Below are positions 12,880 through 25,508 of a DNA stretch of 64,000 nt, one piece after another. This DNA is from Scyliorhinus canicula (lineage: Eukaryota). A program made the position numbers and the translations under genes. The stretch spans positions 248,001 through 312,000 of the forward strand of contig NW_024055500.1 of the NCBI RefSeq assembly GCF_902713615.1, written 5' to 3'. Below the pieces are notes generated by a model. The model was not told where the DNA came from. It did no database searches and saw only the letters and a program-made list of their open reading frames with translations. The first letter of the stretch is position 1. Every line of letters begins with the position of its first letter.

Positions 12880-13690
12880 GGTAGCAAAAATAGGAAGGCA
12901 GGATCATTTTTGAATGGGTGTAAATTGAGAGAGATGGATACTCAGCGAGACCTTGCTGTCCTTGTGCATCAGTCGCTGAAAGTAAGCGCGCAGGTACAGC
13001 AGGCGGTAAAGAAGGCAAATTGCATGTTGGATGTCATAGCGAGAGGATTTGAGTACAGGAATAGGGATGTTTTACTGCCATTGTATAGGGCATTGGTGAG
13101 GCCACACCTGGAGTATTGTGTGCAGTTTTGGTCTCCTTCTCTGAGGAAGGATGTTCTTGCAATGGAGGGAGTGCAGCGAAGGTTTACCAGGCTGATTCCT
13201 GGGATGGCGGGGCTGTCATGTGAGGAGAGATTGAGTCGGTTAGGATTATATTCATTGGAGTTCAGAAGAGTGAGAGAGGATCTCATAGAAACGTCTAAAT
13301 TTCTGACAGGATTAGACAGGGTAGATTAAAAAGAATGTTCCCGATGGTGGGGGAGGGGGGTGGGTGGGGGGGAAGGGTCCAGAACTAAGGACATAGTTTG
13401 AGGATAAGGGGTAAACCTTTTAGGACTGTGGTGAGGAGAAATGTCTTCACCCAGAGAGAGGTGAAGCTGTGGAATTCACTATCACAGAAAGTAGCTGAGG
13501 CCACAACGTTGTGGAATTTCGAGAAGGAATTAGATAGAGCTCTTGGGGATAAAGGGATGAAGGGATATTGGGGGAAGGTGGGATCAGAGTACTGAACTTG
13601 ATGATCAGCCATGATCAGAATGAATGGCGAGGTAGACTTGAAGGGCTGAATGGCCTCCTCCTGATTCTATTTTCTATTAATGTCCCTCTG
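12880..13690 (+). mobile_element. CR1-type LINE 3' fragment (RT C-terminus)
   Basis: LYRALVRPHLEYCVQFWSP..VQRRFTRLIPG motif. Confidence 0.9.
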
Positions 13691-14598
13691 GTCCCTTATC
13701 CTCAAACTATGACCCCTGGTTCTGGACTCCCCCACCATCGAGAACATTCTTTCTGAATCCACCCTCTCTCGGGGGATATGAAATGAAACAATGGAATGAA
13801 AATGAAAATCGCTTATTGTCACGAGTCAGCTTCAAATGAAGTTACTATGAAAAGCCCCTAGTCGCCACATTCCGGCGCCTGTTCGGGGAGGCTGTTGCGG
13901 GAATTGAACCGTGCTGCTGGCCTGCCTTGACAGCCAGCGATTTAGCCCTATGCTAAACCAGCCCCAGCGTATCAGAGTAATATCAGAGTAAAGAGTCGCC
14001 CATTTAACACAGATGAGGAGGAATTTCTTCTCCCTGAGGATTGTCATAACGGATGAGTCATGATCTCATTGAAGGGCGGGGCAGACAGGATGGGCTGAAT
14101 GGGCTGCTTCTGCTCCTACATCTTATGGCCTTATCGTCCAGGTGTACCCGAGGGTTCCGAATGCAGAATGGACACTGTCCCTAAGCAGAACTGTCCCTTG
14201 GGCAGCTCGGTAGCATTGTGGATAGCGCAATTGCTTCACAGCTCCAGGGTCCCAGGTTCAATTCCCGGCTGGGTCACTGTCTGTGCGGAGTCTGCACGTT
14301 CTCCCCGTGTCTGCGTGGGTTTCCTCCGGGTGCTCCGGTTTCCTCCCACAGTCCAAAGATGTGCAGGTTAGGTGGATTGGTCATGCTAAATTGCCCTTAG
14401 TGTTCAATAAAAAAGATTGGGTGGGGTTACTGGGTTATGGGGATAGGGTGGAGGCGTGGGCTTGGGTAGGGTGCTCTTTCCAAGAGCCGGTGCAGACTCG
14501 ATGGGCCGAATGGCCTCCTTCTGCACACTGTAAATTCTATCTATGTAAGAACGCACTGGTTAGCTCTCAGCTAACAAAGTTTCGCACCAACCAGCCTC

Positions 14599-14770
14599 GG
14601 GGCTAGTTTAGCACAGTGGGCTAAACAGCTGATTTGTAGTCCTGCACCATGCCAGCAGCGCGGGTTCAATTCCCGTACCGGCCTCCCCGAACAGGCGCCG
14701 GAATGTGGCGACTAGGGGCTTTTCACAGTGACTTCATTTGAAGCCTACTTGTGACGATAAGCGATTATTA
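14599..14770 (+). mobile_element. SINE family B copy in the J-C intron
   Basis: Same consensus in the + orientation; contains CACAGTG-23-ACGATAAGC. Confidence 0.85.
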
Positions 14771-14907
14771 ATTTTGGACAGTGAGAAATGAAATGAAAAT
14801 GAAGTGAATGGAGCATGATGTCTCAGTTTGGCACGTTATAACACCTGATGACTTCAACCCTAACTCAGGAGGCCCTTCCTTACCCCTTCTCATTTTGCCC
14901 TCCACAG

Positions 14908-15186
14908 AATCCGATTATTCAGAACCATCCGTCTACGTCCTGCCTCCGAGGGGGAATCAGCCGAACGTTTCCCCCGTGTGCCTGGTGACGGATTATTTCC
15001 CCAACAACGTAAGCGTGTCCGTGAAGAATGGGGCCGCCAGCCAGGAACGAAACCATTCGTATGCCTCGCTCTCCATCGCAGATCGCAGCTACAGCATGGT
15101 GGGATTCCTGAACAGCCCTGCAAGCCAGCAGGATGAGAAATTTGAATGTACAGTTGGAGGGGAATGGAGGACATTGCCCGAAGCTG
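14908..15186 (+). CDS. TRAC: TCR alpha constant region exon 1 (Ig C domain)
   Basis: Acceptor ttttgccctccacAG at 14907 and donor GTGAGT at 15187; 279 nt, phase 1/1. Translation xSDYSEPSVYVLPP..VCLVTDYFPNNVSV..DRSYSMVGFL..FECTVGGEWRTLPEA has both Ig cysteines and the PSVY/CLxTD motifs of C-alpha. Confidence 0.95.
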
Positions 15187-15277
15187 GTGAGTTGCTCTGC
15201 TTTTTAATAATACTCGTACGGGAATTACAAATCATTTATTGGGATGGTGTCAATTATCCATGTCATTCTCATTTCAG

Positions 15278-15325
15278 CTCAAGTCAAGAGGCAGTGCATA
15301 GCTGTTGAGGAAGATAGTGATGGCG
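15278..15325 (+). CDS. TRAC: TRAC exon 2 (hinge/connecting peptide)
   Basis: Acceptor ttctcatttcAG, donor GTGAGT; 48 nt, phase 1/1; AQVKRQCIAVEEDSDG carries the interchain Cys. Confidence 0.92.
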
Positions 15326-16381
15326 GTGAGTATACCATGTGTTTGCGTACCTATGTGTATGTCTGCGTGTTTGTGCACGTTTTGTCTGTGTGCCTCTGTG
15401 TGTGTGAATACCTTTGTGCACACTCAAGTTCATAAATCATTGTGCGTGAGTAACAGTGTGTGTGTGTGTAAGTCTTTGTGGGTGTGTTTGTGTCGGCGAA
15501 TGTGAGGGACTTTGCACTGAAGTTGAAGAATGAAATGAACATCGCTTATTGTCACGAGTAGGCTTCAATGAAGTTACTGTGAAAAGCCCCTAGTCGCCAC
15601 ATTCCGGCGCCTGTCCGGGGAGGCTGGTACGGGAATCGAACCGTGCTGCTGGCCTGCTTGGTCTGCTTTAAAGTCAGAGATTTAGCCTGGTGAGCTAAAC
15701 CAGCAGAAGATGGGCAGCAGGGTAGCATGGTGGTTAGCATAAATGCTTCACAGCTCCAGGGTCCCAGGTTCGATTCCCGGCTGGGTCACTGTCTGTGTGG
15801 AGTCTGCACGCCTCCCCCTGTGTGCGTGGGTTTCCTCCGGGTGCTCCGGTTTCCTCCCATTGTCCAAAGATGTGCGGGTTAGGTGGATTGGCCATGCTAA
15901 ATTGCCCTTAGTGTCCTAATAAAAGTAAGTTTAAGGGGGGGGTTGTTGGGTTATGGGTATGAGAATGACAAATGGGTATGGGTATGGGGTGGATACGTGG
16001 GTTTGAGTCGGGTGATCATGGCTCGGCACAACATTGAGGGCCGAAGGGCCTGTTCTGTGCTGTACTGTTCTAAGATGCTGAAGTGTGTGTGTGTGTGTGT
16101 GTGTGTGTTTATGCATGTGTGTGCCTGTGAATGTGTTTTCGCATGTTTGTTTTTACGTGTGTGAGTGCGTGCATGCATGGTGGTGTGTCTGTGTGCCCAA
16201 GTATGTGTGTGTGTGTTGAGTTTGTGGACGCATGATGGTGTGTCTGTGTATTCAAGTGTCAAGTGTGTGGTGGCGTGTTTGTGGCCAAGTCTGTATGTGT
16301 GTGTGAGTGTGGGCATGGATGGTGGTGTGTTTACGTGTCCAAGTGTGTGTGTGTGAGTGTGAGCTTTTGCATGCATGGGTG

Positions 16382-16513
16382 NNNNNNNNNNNNNNNNNNN
16401 NNNNNNNNNNNNNNNNNNNNNNNNNNNNNNNNNNNNNNNNNNNNNNNNNNNNNNNNNNNNNNNNNNNNNNNNNNNNNNNNNNNNNNNNNNNNNNNNNNNN
16501 NNNNNNNNNNNNN
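16382..16513. other. Assembly gap (N run) in TRAC intron 2, next to a TG repeat
   Basis: Ns in the sequence. Confidence 1.
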
Positions 16514-16623
16514 GCAGTGCTCCCGTTCCCTCCCATTCTGTGTGCGCATCAATGTGGAGGAAGGGTTCCCTTTGTGACGAAGGCGGTTTGCTCATTCTCT
16601 GCAATTGCTTCTTCTTCCCGCAG

Positions 16624-16730
16624 TCGAACACTTGAACACCCTTTCCCTGACAGTCATCGGATTGCGAATTCTCTTCTTAAAAAGCATCGTCTTCAACGCC
16701 TTGATGACCTTTCGGATCTGGGTCTCATAA
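16624..16730 (+). CDS. TRAC: TRAC exon 3 (TM and cytoplasmic tail, stop TAA)
   Basis: Acceptor cttcttcttcccgcAG; VEHLNTLSLTVIGLRILFLKSIVFNALMTFRIWVS* has the conserved TM Arg and Lys and the alpha-type FNxLMTxRxW tail. Donor GTGAGT at 16733, 2 nt after the stop. Confidence 0.95.
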
Positions 16731-18238
16731 AGGTGAGTGACAACACTTTGCAAACTCGCCACCAAAGATTGGGAGCTCCCCTTCACACATCCTGCTTTGC
16801 CAAGTTGACCCATCAGTCCTTCAGGCGCACAGCAGTGTTGCCGAATCTTTTCTACGTTGTTCATTCATGGGGTGATAGAATCGCGACAGGGCCGAAGGAG
16901 GCCATTCAGCCTATCTAGTCGGCACCAACCCTCTGAAAGAACACCCTACTTAGGCCGCATCCCCAGCCTCTATCCCCTGCAACCCCCACCTTACCGTTGT
17001 ACACGAAGGGAGAATTTAGCATGGCCAATCCACCTAACCTGCACGTCTTTGGACTGTGGGAGGAAACCGGAGCACCCGGAGGAAACCCACGCAGACCCGG
17101 GGAGAGCGTGCAGACTCCGCACAGACAGTGACCCAAGCCAGGAATCGAACCTGGGACCCTGGTGCTGAAAGGCAGCAGTGCTAACCACTGTGCTGCCATG
17201 CCACCGATGTCGCCCATCCCTAATTGTCCTTGAACTAAATGACCACGTCAGTGGGGAGTCAATAAAGAGTCAACCACATCGCTGTGTGGATCTGGAGTCA
17301 CATGTAGGCCAGACAGGGTAAGGACGGCAGATTTCCTTCCCATAAGGGACCAAATGGCTTTTTGCCACAATCGATAATGGTTTTCTGGGCATCCTTTGAT
17401 TTTTAATTCCGCCATCTGCCAGTGTGGGATTCGAACCCCGGGCGCCCAGAGCAACCTCCTGGGTCTCCGGATTACTACTCCAGCCCGGAATGTCAATTGA
17501 ATCCGAAGTCTAGAATTGGACCCAGCCCCCATCTTTGCTGGAGAGAGTGTCGTGACTTTGTCGACCGTCAGCAAGTCCGAGCAGCTGCCCAGTGTCCCAG
17601 CTATCACCATTGACCGCTGTAAAAAGTCGCCTGTTCAACAATGCAATTGCTGTCGAACCGGAACAGAGGCAAATGCCAGGGGCGGCACGTGGGCGCAGTG
17701 GCTAGCGCTGGGACTAAGGCGCTGAGGACCCCGGTTCGAATCCCGGCCCTGGGTCACGGTCCGTGTGGAGTTTGCACATCCTCCCCGTGTCTGCGTGGGT
17801 TTCCCCCGCCCCCCCACAACCCAAAAGGATGTGCCGGTTCGGTGGATTGGCCGTGCTAAATTGCCCCTTAATTGGGGAAAAAAATATTTGGGTACTCTAA
17901 ATTTAAAAAGGAAAACAAAAACGAGGCAATTGTCGTTAACCCTCAACAGTGCCATTGCCGAGAATCCCTAACAAAGTAATTAATAAGGCATCGGCATAAT
18001 GGCGGATGGGAGGAAGTTAGTGTGGTACCAACATTGGCATGGACAACTGGAGGCCAAAGACCTGCTCCTCATAGTTTTACAGCACAAAACGAGGCCCTTC
18101 GGCCCATTGTCTCTGTGCTAGCCATCAAGCACATATCCATTCTAATCCCTATTTCTGTGCTCCAATTCGTTTTATTTGATACGATACGGCAATCATGCTC
18201 TGGACTAAAACCATCTCTTACATCTCTCTCCTCACCAG

Positions 18239-18860
18239 ATAGACCATCGAGCACAAGACCAGGACAGACCACAAGGCCGTGGCCAAGACCTGGAAGACCT
18301 TTGTTACCGCCTGGTGATGGCTCCAATGAAGGGCGACATGCCACATGTCAAAAACATATATGTGTTTGTATGTGTCAGTCACCATCCTCATGAATGTAGC
18401 ATTGCATAATGTTCATCCGTCCGATTCAAAGGACGGTGTCGCTTATTGAGCATAATCTCTTGCATGTACAGTTTCTGGTAAAACCCTCCTCATACTTATC
18501 TTTGTTGCTGTCTGAGCATATATTAAAAGTATCGGCTGTGTTATTGGAAGATGTACATTTAATCGTCTCTGTACATTCAGTAGTATAGTCATTTTTTTTT
18601 GTACAGTGCTTGAGTATCGCTACAACAGAACCTGCCAATCAATCTGTGCTCACTTCCCATGAAGTAGAAATTGTTGTTCTCTTCGCCATTTAGCACCTAC
18701 GCGCGAATCTGATGAGTGCCAGATTAAAAGCTTCGACAGCATTGTCTGGTTCTATCAGCAATACATTAAGGCTCACGGCCGAGCTCTTAGAATATTGACA
18801 TCCTGCAGTGCTGGAGTGCAGGGCATCGGGGGAATAAAAACAGGACCCATGAACGTACGA
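18239..18860 (+). other. TRAC: Probable non-coding 3'UTR exon of TRAC
   Basis: Pyrimidine tract plus AG (ctctctctcctcaccAG, 18238) in unique sequence and AATAAA at 18833-18838. The donor after the TRAC stop requires a further exon. Boundaries inferred. Confidence 0.5.
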
Positions 18861-21287
18861 GATTGGAGCAGAAGTCGGCCATTCGGCCCATCGGGCCTGC
18901 TCTGCCGTTCATGGCTGAACTGGTTGGAACATCCCTGACTCCCCCCCCCCCCCCCCACCCCCAACCCCCTCCCCGCACCAAGACACGAATGGCCAGAGTG
19001 GAAGATTGTAGACTCCCCCTGTACCAAAAGAGGCCTTTTGGCCCATTCATTGTCCTGCTGGCCCTATCCAACTTGTCCGCTGGTTCCCCCCCAACAGTCC
19101 TGGAAATGTATCCTCAACAAGTAGTCACCGAATCCTTCGGGAAGTTATCGTGGAGACAAATAATTCTCCCCGTGTCTGACTTGCCCACCTAATCCCGTTT
19201 GCCAACACTTGGCCCATAGCCTTGAATGTTAAGATGTTGCCAAGTGTTCATCCAGGTACTTTTTAAAGGATGTGAGGCAACCAGCCTCTACCCCCCTCCC
19301 AGGCAGTGCGTTCCAGATCGTCACCACCCTCTGGGTAGAAAGGTTTTTCCTCAAATCCTCCAAATCCCACCCCTCACCTTGAACTCGTGACCCCCTCGTA
19401 ACCGACCCTTCAACGAAGGGGAACAGCTGCTCCCTATCCACCCTGTCCATGCCCCTCAATCAGGGCGCCCCCCTCAGTCTTCTCTGCTCCAGCGAAGACA
19501 CCCCAAGCCTATCCAACCTCTCTTCGTAACTTCAATGTTCCACCCCAGGCAACATCCCGGTGAATCGCCTCTGCACTCCCGACTGGGGCCAGAAGGGGGA
19601 GCAATGCTAGCTCCTCCTGCCTCTCCACGTGAACTGGAATCTCTCATTCCCCCCACCCCCTCCCCAACCACCCACACCGGGTCCCTTCCAATAAACCTCC
19701 CCCGCTCCCTCTCCACAAAGCCCTAACATCCTCCCTAAAGCCTACCATCCAGAGTTGGAATGCACGTGCATGCGGTTGGAATTCACAAGTATTTTTGCAA
19801 ACACGCCATGTTTCAAGTCTTTGTCACCCACCAATCCAACGTCAATTTATGAGACAACTTTATCCAGCAGGATGTAAATACTCTAAGAGATTGGTGCGAA
19901 GGAAGATGTATTGGCATCTTGCTGTGCCTGGAGAACATTGGTCAACATGTTTCGCTGTAGACATTCCAATGAGATGCTGCACGCTGTTTTTGATAAACGT
20001 TTCTTAGCATTGTTCCATTTATTGAAGTGCTTGCAAGATTTTCAAAATGGTGTCCTTCTCGAAATGCTTGCCAATAAAATACATTTGAATAGAATTGAAG
20101 TTCACCGTTGTTCATTTTGCCGCGTTCAGTCATATATCCTCCATTTGCAAAGGTGCATCTCCCTGCATATCACAAATCCAGTGTTTGTAGAAGCGTAGGA
20201 GCAGGGAGACGCCATTCGGCCCCTCGAGTCTGCTCCGCCATTCAATACGATCATGGCTGATCATCCAACTCAGTAGCCTAATCCCGCTTTCCCCCCCCAC
20301 GTCCTTTGATCCCCTCCACCCGTGCGATATCTAAATGCTTCCTCAAAACATACAGGGACGACTTCTCCTTTCCTGAGACTAAGGGCGGGATTCTCCGACC
20401 CCTCGGTCGGGTTGAAGAATCGCCGGGAGGCTACGTGAATCCCGCCTCTCCGAAGCCGGCTGTGGAATTCTCCTGGTTCTGGTTTGGATTGGATTTGTTT
20501 ATTGTCACGTGTACCGAGGTCCAGTGAAAAGTATTTTTCTGCGAGCAGCTCAACAGATCATTCAGTACATGGGAAGAAAAGGGAATTAAACAATTCAAGA
20601 AAATACAAGAAAATACATGAGAATACATAATAGGGCAACACAAGGTAGACAATGTAACTACATAAACACCGGCATCGGATGAAGCAGACATGGGTGTAGT
20701 GTTAATGAGGTCAGTCCATAAGAGGGTCATTTAGGAGTCTGGTGACAGTGGGGAAGAAGCTGTTTTTGAGTCTGTTCGTCCGTGTTCTCAGACTTTTGTA
20801 TCTCCTGCCCGATGGAAGAAGTTGGAAGAGTGAGTAAGCCGGGTGGGAGGGATCCTTGATTATGCTGCCCGCTTTCCCCAGGCAGCGGGAGGTGTAGATG
20901 GAATCAATGGATGGGAGGCAGGTTCGTGTGATGGACTGGGTGGTATTCACGACTCTCTGAAGTTCCTTGCGGTCCTGGGCCGAGCAGTTGCCATACCCAG
21001 GCTGTGATGCAGCCCGATAGGATGCTTTCTATGGTGCATCTGTAAAAGTGTCTGCTTCACTTGATGTCTGTGCCTATGTATTTATATTGTGGTTTTATCG
21101 AATGTCCTGTTTTTCTACGAACGGGATGGTCTGCCTGGTCTGTATGCAGAACAATACTTTTTACTGTACCTCGGTACACGTGACAATAAACCTGAATCTA
21201 ATTCACTCAGAGTGGTGGTGACAATCTGGCCCAGGAAGGTATGGAGCCTGGAAACTTCACAACCATTAAAACGCACTTGGATGGGCT

Positions 21288-21867
21288 GTTACTGGCCAGG
21301 GTTTCGAGAACCCCAAAGTGTATTGTGGAGTTCACCTGACCCACAACTTTTACTAGATTGTGGTGTGGGGAGCACACGGCCCACTCTACAGGTACAGCAG
21401 AAATGGAAAAGTATTTTTTAAAGCAGAACAATGTGTATTCGATGAACCCACCTTTTTGAAACATACAGTGAACATCTCAGCAACCATCAATTCAACTACA
21501 ACCCCCAAAGAATACAACACTAAGTAATCCTTAATAATTTCCCAAGCAACATCCAGAAGACAAAAGAAACACCTTTCAACAGAAGCACATCAGGTTTACA
21601 TTCACTACTGTGTATATTTCTAATTCTGAATTCACCAAATGATCAAGAGATAGTCTTTTGATGGCAGAGAGATCAGCAGTACAGCTGCTCCGTCTGGCTT
21701 CAGCTCCAACGCTGAAAACAAAACTAAAACACACCCTGCAGCAAACAGCCTAAAATGAAAGTAAAAAGCTGACAGACAGTCCAGCTCCACCCACACTCTG
21801 ATGAACACCCATTTCTTAAAGGTACATTTCTTAAACACCCATTTCTTAAAGGTGCTCTCACATGACA
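21288..21867. mobile_element. Solo LTR (about 580 bp)
   Basis: Begins TGTTA and ends TGACA; flanked by the 4-bp TSD GGGC (21284-21287 and 21868-21871). Confidence 0.65.
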
Positions 21868-22509
21868 GGGCACTTGAAACATCAGGGGCGGGAGTCTCCG
21901 GCGGCCGACGCCGGAATGGGGAAATGTGATTGGGCGGAGAATTGGCGTTGACGGCCAAATCGTGACGGTTTCACGCCGAATCACAATTCTCCACAGCGGC
22001 GTCAATGCGTTCCACTCCGCCCGTACAGTAAACAAGGTGAATCATTAGCGGCTGGAGCTTGTCAGCCTCCCGAGTGTCAATCACGGGCCTGGCGACTCCC
22101 GCATCGTCTCTCACTGGAATCGATTGTGTTCCATGCGGCGCCGGTGCTAGCCCCTCCGCAGACGCTGAGTCAGTCCAGGTGCGGCGCCATTTTTGCTGTC
22201 CTGAATCCTGCCCAGGCGCCAACGCTTAGTCCCAGGATCGAAGAATCCTGCCGCGCATTCCTGGATTATGGTACAAGTGAATGGGATTAGCGTGAGATGC
22301 GGGGCGGTTATTGTCAGGGTAGAGCCGATGGGCTGAAGGGTGTATTCTGTGCTCTATGGCTCTGTGAATCAATATGATGCAGTCACAGAGAGAGAGTGAG
22401 TGAAAGAGAGAGACAGCGGCCGGGATTCTCCGAGACACGGCGGGCAGGCCGTACCGTCGCCAAGGCGAGGCGTGAACCACTTCGGCATCGGGCCGTCCGG
22501 AAGGTGCAG

Positions 22510-23160
22510 AATCAAAGAACAAAGAAAAGTACAGCACAGGAACAGGCCCTTCGGCCCTCCAAGCCCGTGCCGCCCATGCTACCCGTCTAAACTAAAATCT
22601 TCTACGCTTCCGGGGTCCGTATCCCTCTATTCCCATCCTATCCATGTATTTGTCAAGATGCCCCTTAAACGTCACTATCGTCCCGGCTTCCACCACCTCC
22701 TCCGGCAGCGTGTTCCAGGCACCCACTACCCTCTGTGTAAAAATACTTGCGTCTCGCACCTTAAACCTATGCCCCCTAGTAATTAACCCCTCTACCCTGG
22801 GGAAAAGCCTCTGACTATCCACTCTATCCATGCCCCTCATAATTTTGTAGACCTCTATCAGGTTGCCCCTCAACCTCCGTCGTTCCAATGAAAACAAACT
22901 GAGTTTATTCAACCGCTCCTCATAGCTAATGCTCTCCACTCTAGGCAACATCCTGGTAAATCTCTTCTGCACCCTCTCTAAAGCCTCCACATCCTTCTGG
23001 TAGTGTGGCGACCAGAATTGAACACTCTACTCCCAAGTGTGGCCTAACTAAGGTTCTATACAGCTGCAACATGACTTGCCAATTCTTATACTCAATGCCC
23101 CGGCCAATGAAGGCAAGCATGCCGTATGCCTCCTTGACTACCTTCTCCACCTGTGTCGCC
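22510..23160 (-). mobile_element. CR1-type LINE fragment
   Basis: ALERVQKRFTRMLP..LRGNLIEVYKIMRG motif. Confidence 0.88.
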
Positions 23161-24115
23161 CCCTTTCAGTTGTCCTGCTTAAATTTTGTACCCCTCATTA
23201 GCCACCCAAACAAGAATTCACCCTTGCTCCGTGATGTTCAAATGCCAAGCCTATTGTTTTCTTGCAAAGCTAGCATTCTGCCATTAATTATGCGATTAGA
23301 ACATAGAACATAGAACATAGAACAGTACAGCACAGAACAGGCCCTTCGGCCCTCGATGTTGTGCCGACCCATGATCACCCTACTCAAACCCACGTATCCA
23401 CCCTATACCCGTAACCCAACAACCCCCCCCTTAACCTTACTTTTATTAGGACACTACGGGCAATTTAGCATCGCCAGTCCACCTAACCCGCACATCTTTG
23501 GACTGTGGGAGGAAACCGGAGCACCCGGAGGAAACCCACGCACACAGGGGGAGGACGTGCAGACTCCACACAGACAATGACCCAGCCGGGAATCGAACCT
23601 GGGACCCTGGAGCTGTGAAGCATTTATGCTAACCACCATGCTACCCTCCAACGTGAGCGGAGAGCCAAATGAATGAACTTACCCCCAAACTTAATGTTGA
23701 CAAGGGCGTCTGTGCGGAGTCTGCACGTCCTCCCCGTGTGTGCGTGGGTTTCCTCCGGGTGCTCCGGTTTCCTCCCACAGTCCAAAGATGTGCGGGTTAG
23801 GTGGATTGGCCATGCTAAATTGCCCGTAGTGTCCTAAAAAATAAGGTTAAGTTTGGGTTTGGGTTACGGGTATAGGGTGGATACGTGGGTTTGAGTAGGG
23901 TGATCATTGCTCGACACAACACCGAGGGCCGAAGGGCCTGTTCTGTGCTGTACTGTTCTATGTTCTATGTTCTATGATCACACGTTAGGTGAATTAGATA
24001 TTCTGAATTCTCCCTCTGTGTACCCGAACAGGCGCCAGAATGTGGCGACTGGGTGCCTCATGATCAAACCTTACTCGGTAGCATGAGGGTTCTTGTGAGG
24101 CAGATTGTTACTGTG

Positions 24116-24175
24116 TGAATGCTGGAGCTGATAATTTAATCTTTGGCGGAGGAACCAAACTCACTGTAACCCCAA
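24116..24175 (+). CDS. TRAJ: J-alpha segment NAGADNLIFGGGTKLTVTP (first J downstream of TRAC)
   Basis: RSS ggttcttgt-12-tactgtg; donor gtgagt. Confidence 0.93.
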
Positions 24176-24701
24176 GTGAGTACAGCATGTTTTACATTTA
24201 TCTGAAATGGTGTTGGAGATCTACACATTCAGATATTTCAGCTAAATTTGGAAATGCAGATCTCAATAGTTACAAACCTCACCAAGCAACATTAATGCAA
24301 TTGTTTAAAGATTGTAAACATCGAATAAGCAGCCAAAACTTCACTAAATTGGGTATAGAACTAAATTTGCATGTCATGTCACTGATTATTCTGGCCAATG
24401 TCGTGAAGTGGAATATGGGACAGAATTTCAGGTGAAGAACCACAGATCTCTTTTGAAATTCAATTGGAACAAGATTCATGAAATGTTATTGGTCACAGCT
24501 TGTGCATGCGTGAAGGTGCATGTGAGAAATTGTATCATTTCATCTCAGACCTGAACTTAGCAGAAAATTGCAATTGTTATGTCCCCAAAGTGTGCTACTG
24601 AAAAGTTTCCAAAACAAAAACTATCCTCATTTCAAAAGTGGTCTCACTGTCAGCTGCCCATTGTGAGCTCTGAGGTTTGTGCAAGGGAATGTGGCATTGT
24701 G

Positions 24702-24764
24702 TGACTTATGATAATACCGGAAAACTGACGTTTGCAACTGGGACTAAACTAACTGTGCAACCAA
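24702..24764 (+). CDS. TRAJ: J-alpha segment TYDNTGKLTFATGTKLTVQP (FATG variant)
   Basis: RSS ggtttgtgc-12-cattgtg; donor gtaagt. Confidence 0.88.
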
Positions 24765-25445
24765 GTAAGTGTTATAAATGGTCATCCATTGCTTTCAAAC
24801 AAAATAATATTTTCAGATCATTTAACGGTCGAGCTGGTCACATTGTATGTTGTCAATTAAAGGTCAGGTTGCATATTGCCAGTTAGAGATATTTTTGTGT
24901 CGTGGAAATAACGATTAGACAGAGGCTTCGAGCTTCGTTTCAGGACTTTATTAGCACGGTACCGTGGAGCGGCTGCAGTAGGCTGAATAGCCATTCCACA
25001 ACACTCTGAAATCACACAGCAGAAAGCATTATATAGTCTTATATACACAACTAAAGATGTAAACAGCAGCTGGCTGGCTTTGTTTATGTTAAACAAACAT
25101 TGGGATTGGAGCTGGTTCCTTATCTAGCACGTATTTCCTTGCCCTTGCTAAAACAACTGTTTCTAAGCAGTATTTTGTTTCCCTTATCTGACGTTCTAAA
25201 GTTTCGTTCAGAAGTACTGATAAAATATCGTCAAGCAATCCAATTACGCAAATTGTGTCTACCTTAGAAAACAGGGAGAATGAACTTTTCACGAACAATG
25301 TGATTGAGATGCCCAGACCAACGATGAAGACAACTGAACGTGCAACGTTTGTAATCTGCAAACTAACTTACTATTGTGAAGTGTGCCTCGTGGTAACACA
25401 TTTCTCGGTAGCAGGAGCGTTTTTGTGAGGGTAATTGTCACTGTG

Positions 25446-25508
25446 GGTATGATGGAACTGGTACTAAGCTGATCTTAGGCGGAGGGACTAAACTCATTGT
25501 AACCCCAA
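25446..25508 (+). CDS. TRAJ: J-alpha segment YDGTGTKLILGGGTKLIVTP (F to L variant)
   Basis: RSS cgtttttgt-12-cactgtg; donor gtgagt. Confidence 0.87.

Noticed and set aside
14908-16730. The internal C is C-delta (the standard J-delta, C-delta, J-alpha layout)
   Set aside because: The CLVTDY motif, short 16-codon hinge and FNALMTFRIWVS tail are alpha-type, and the upstream J segments belong to the same families as the downstream ones. A phylogeny would be definitive.
18426-18638. Cys-rich minus-strand ORF
   Set aside because: Antisense to the probable TRAC 3'UTR, has no true ATG, includes a T-run, and shows no recognisable domain or splice context.
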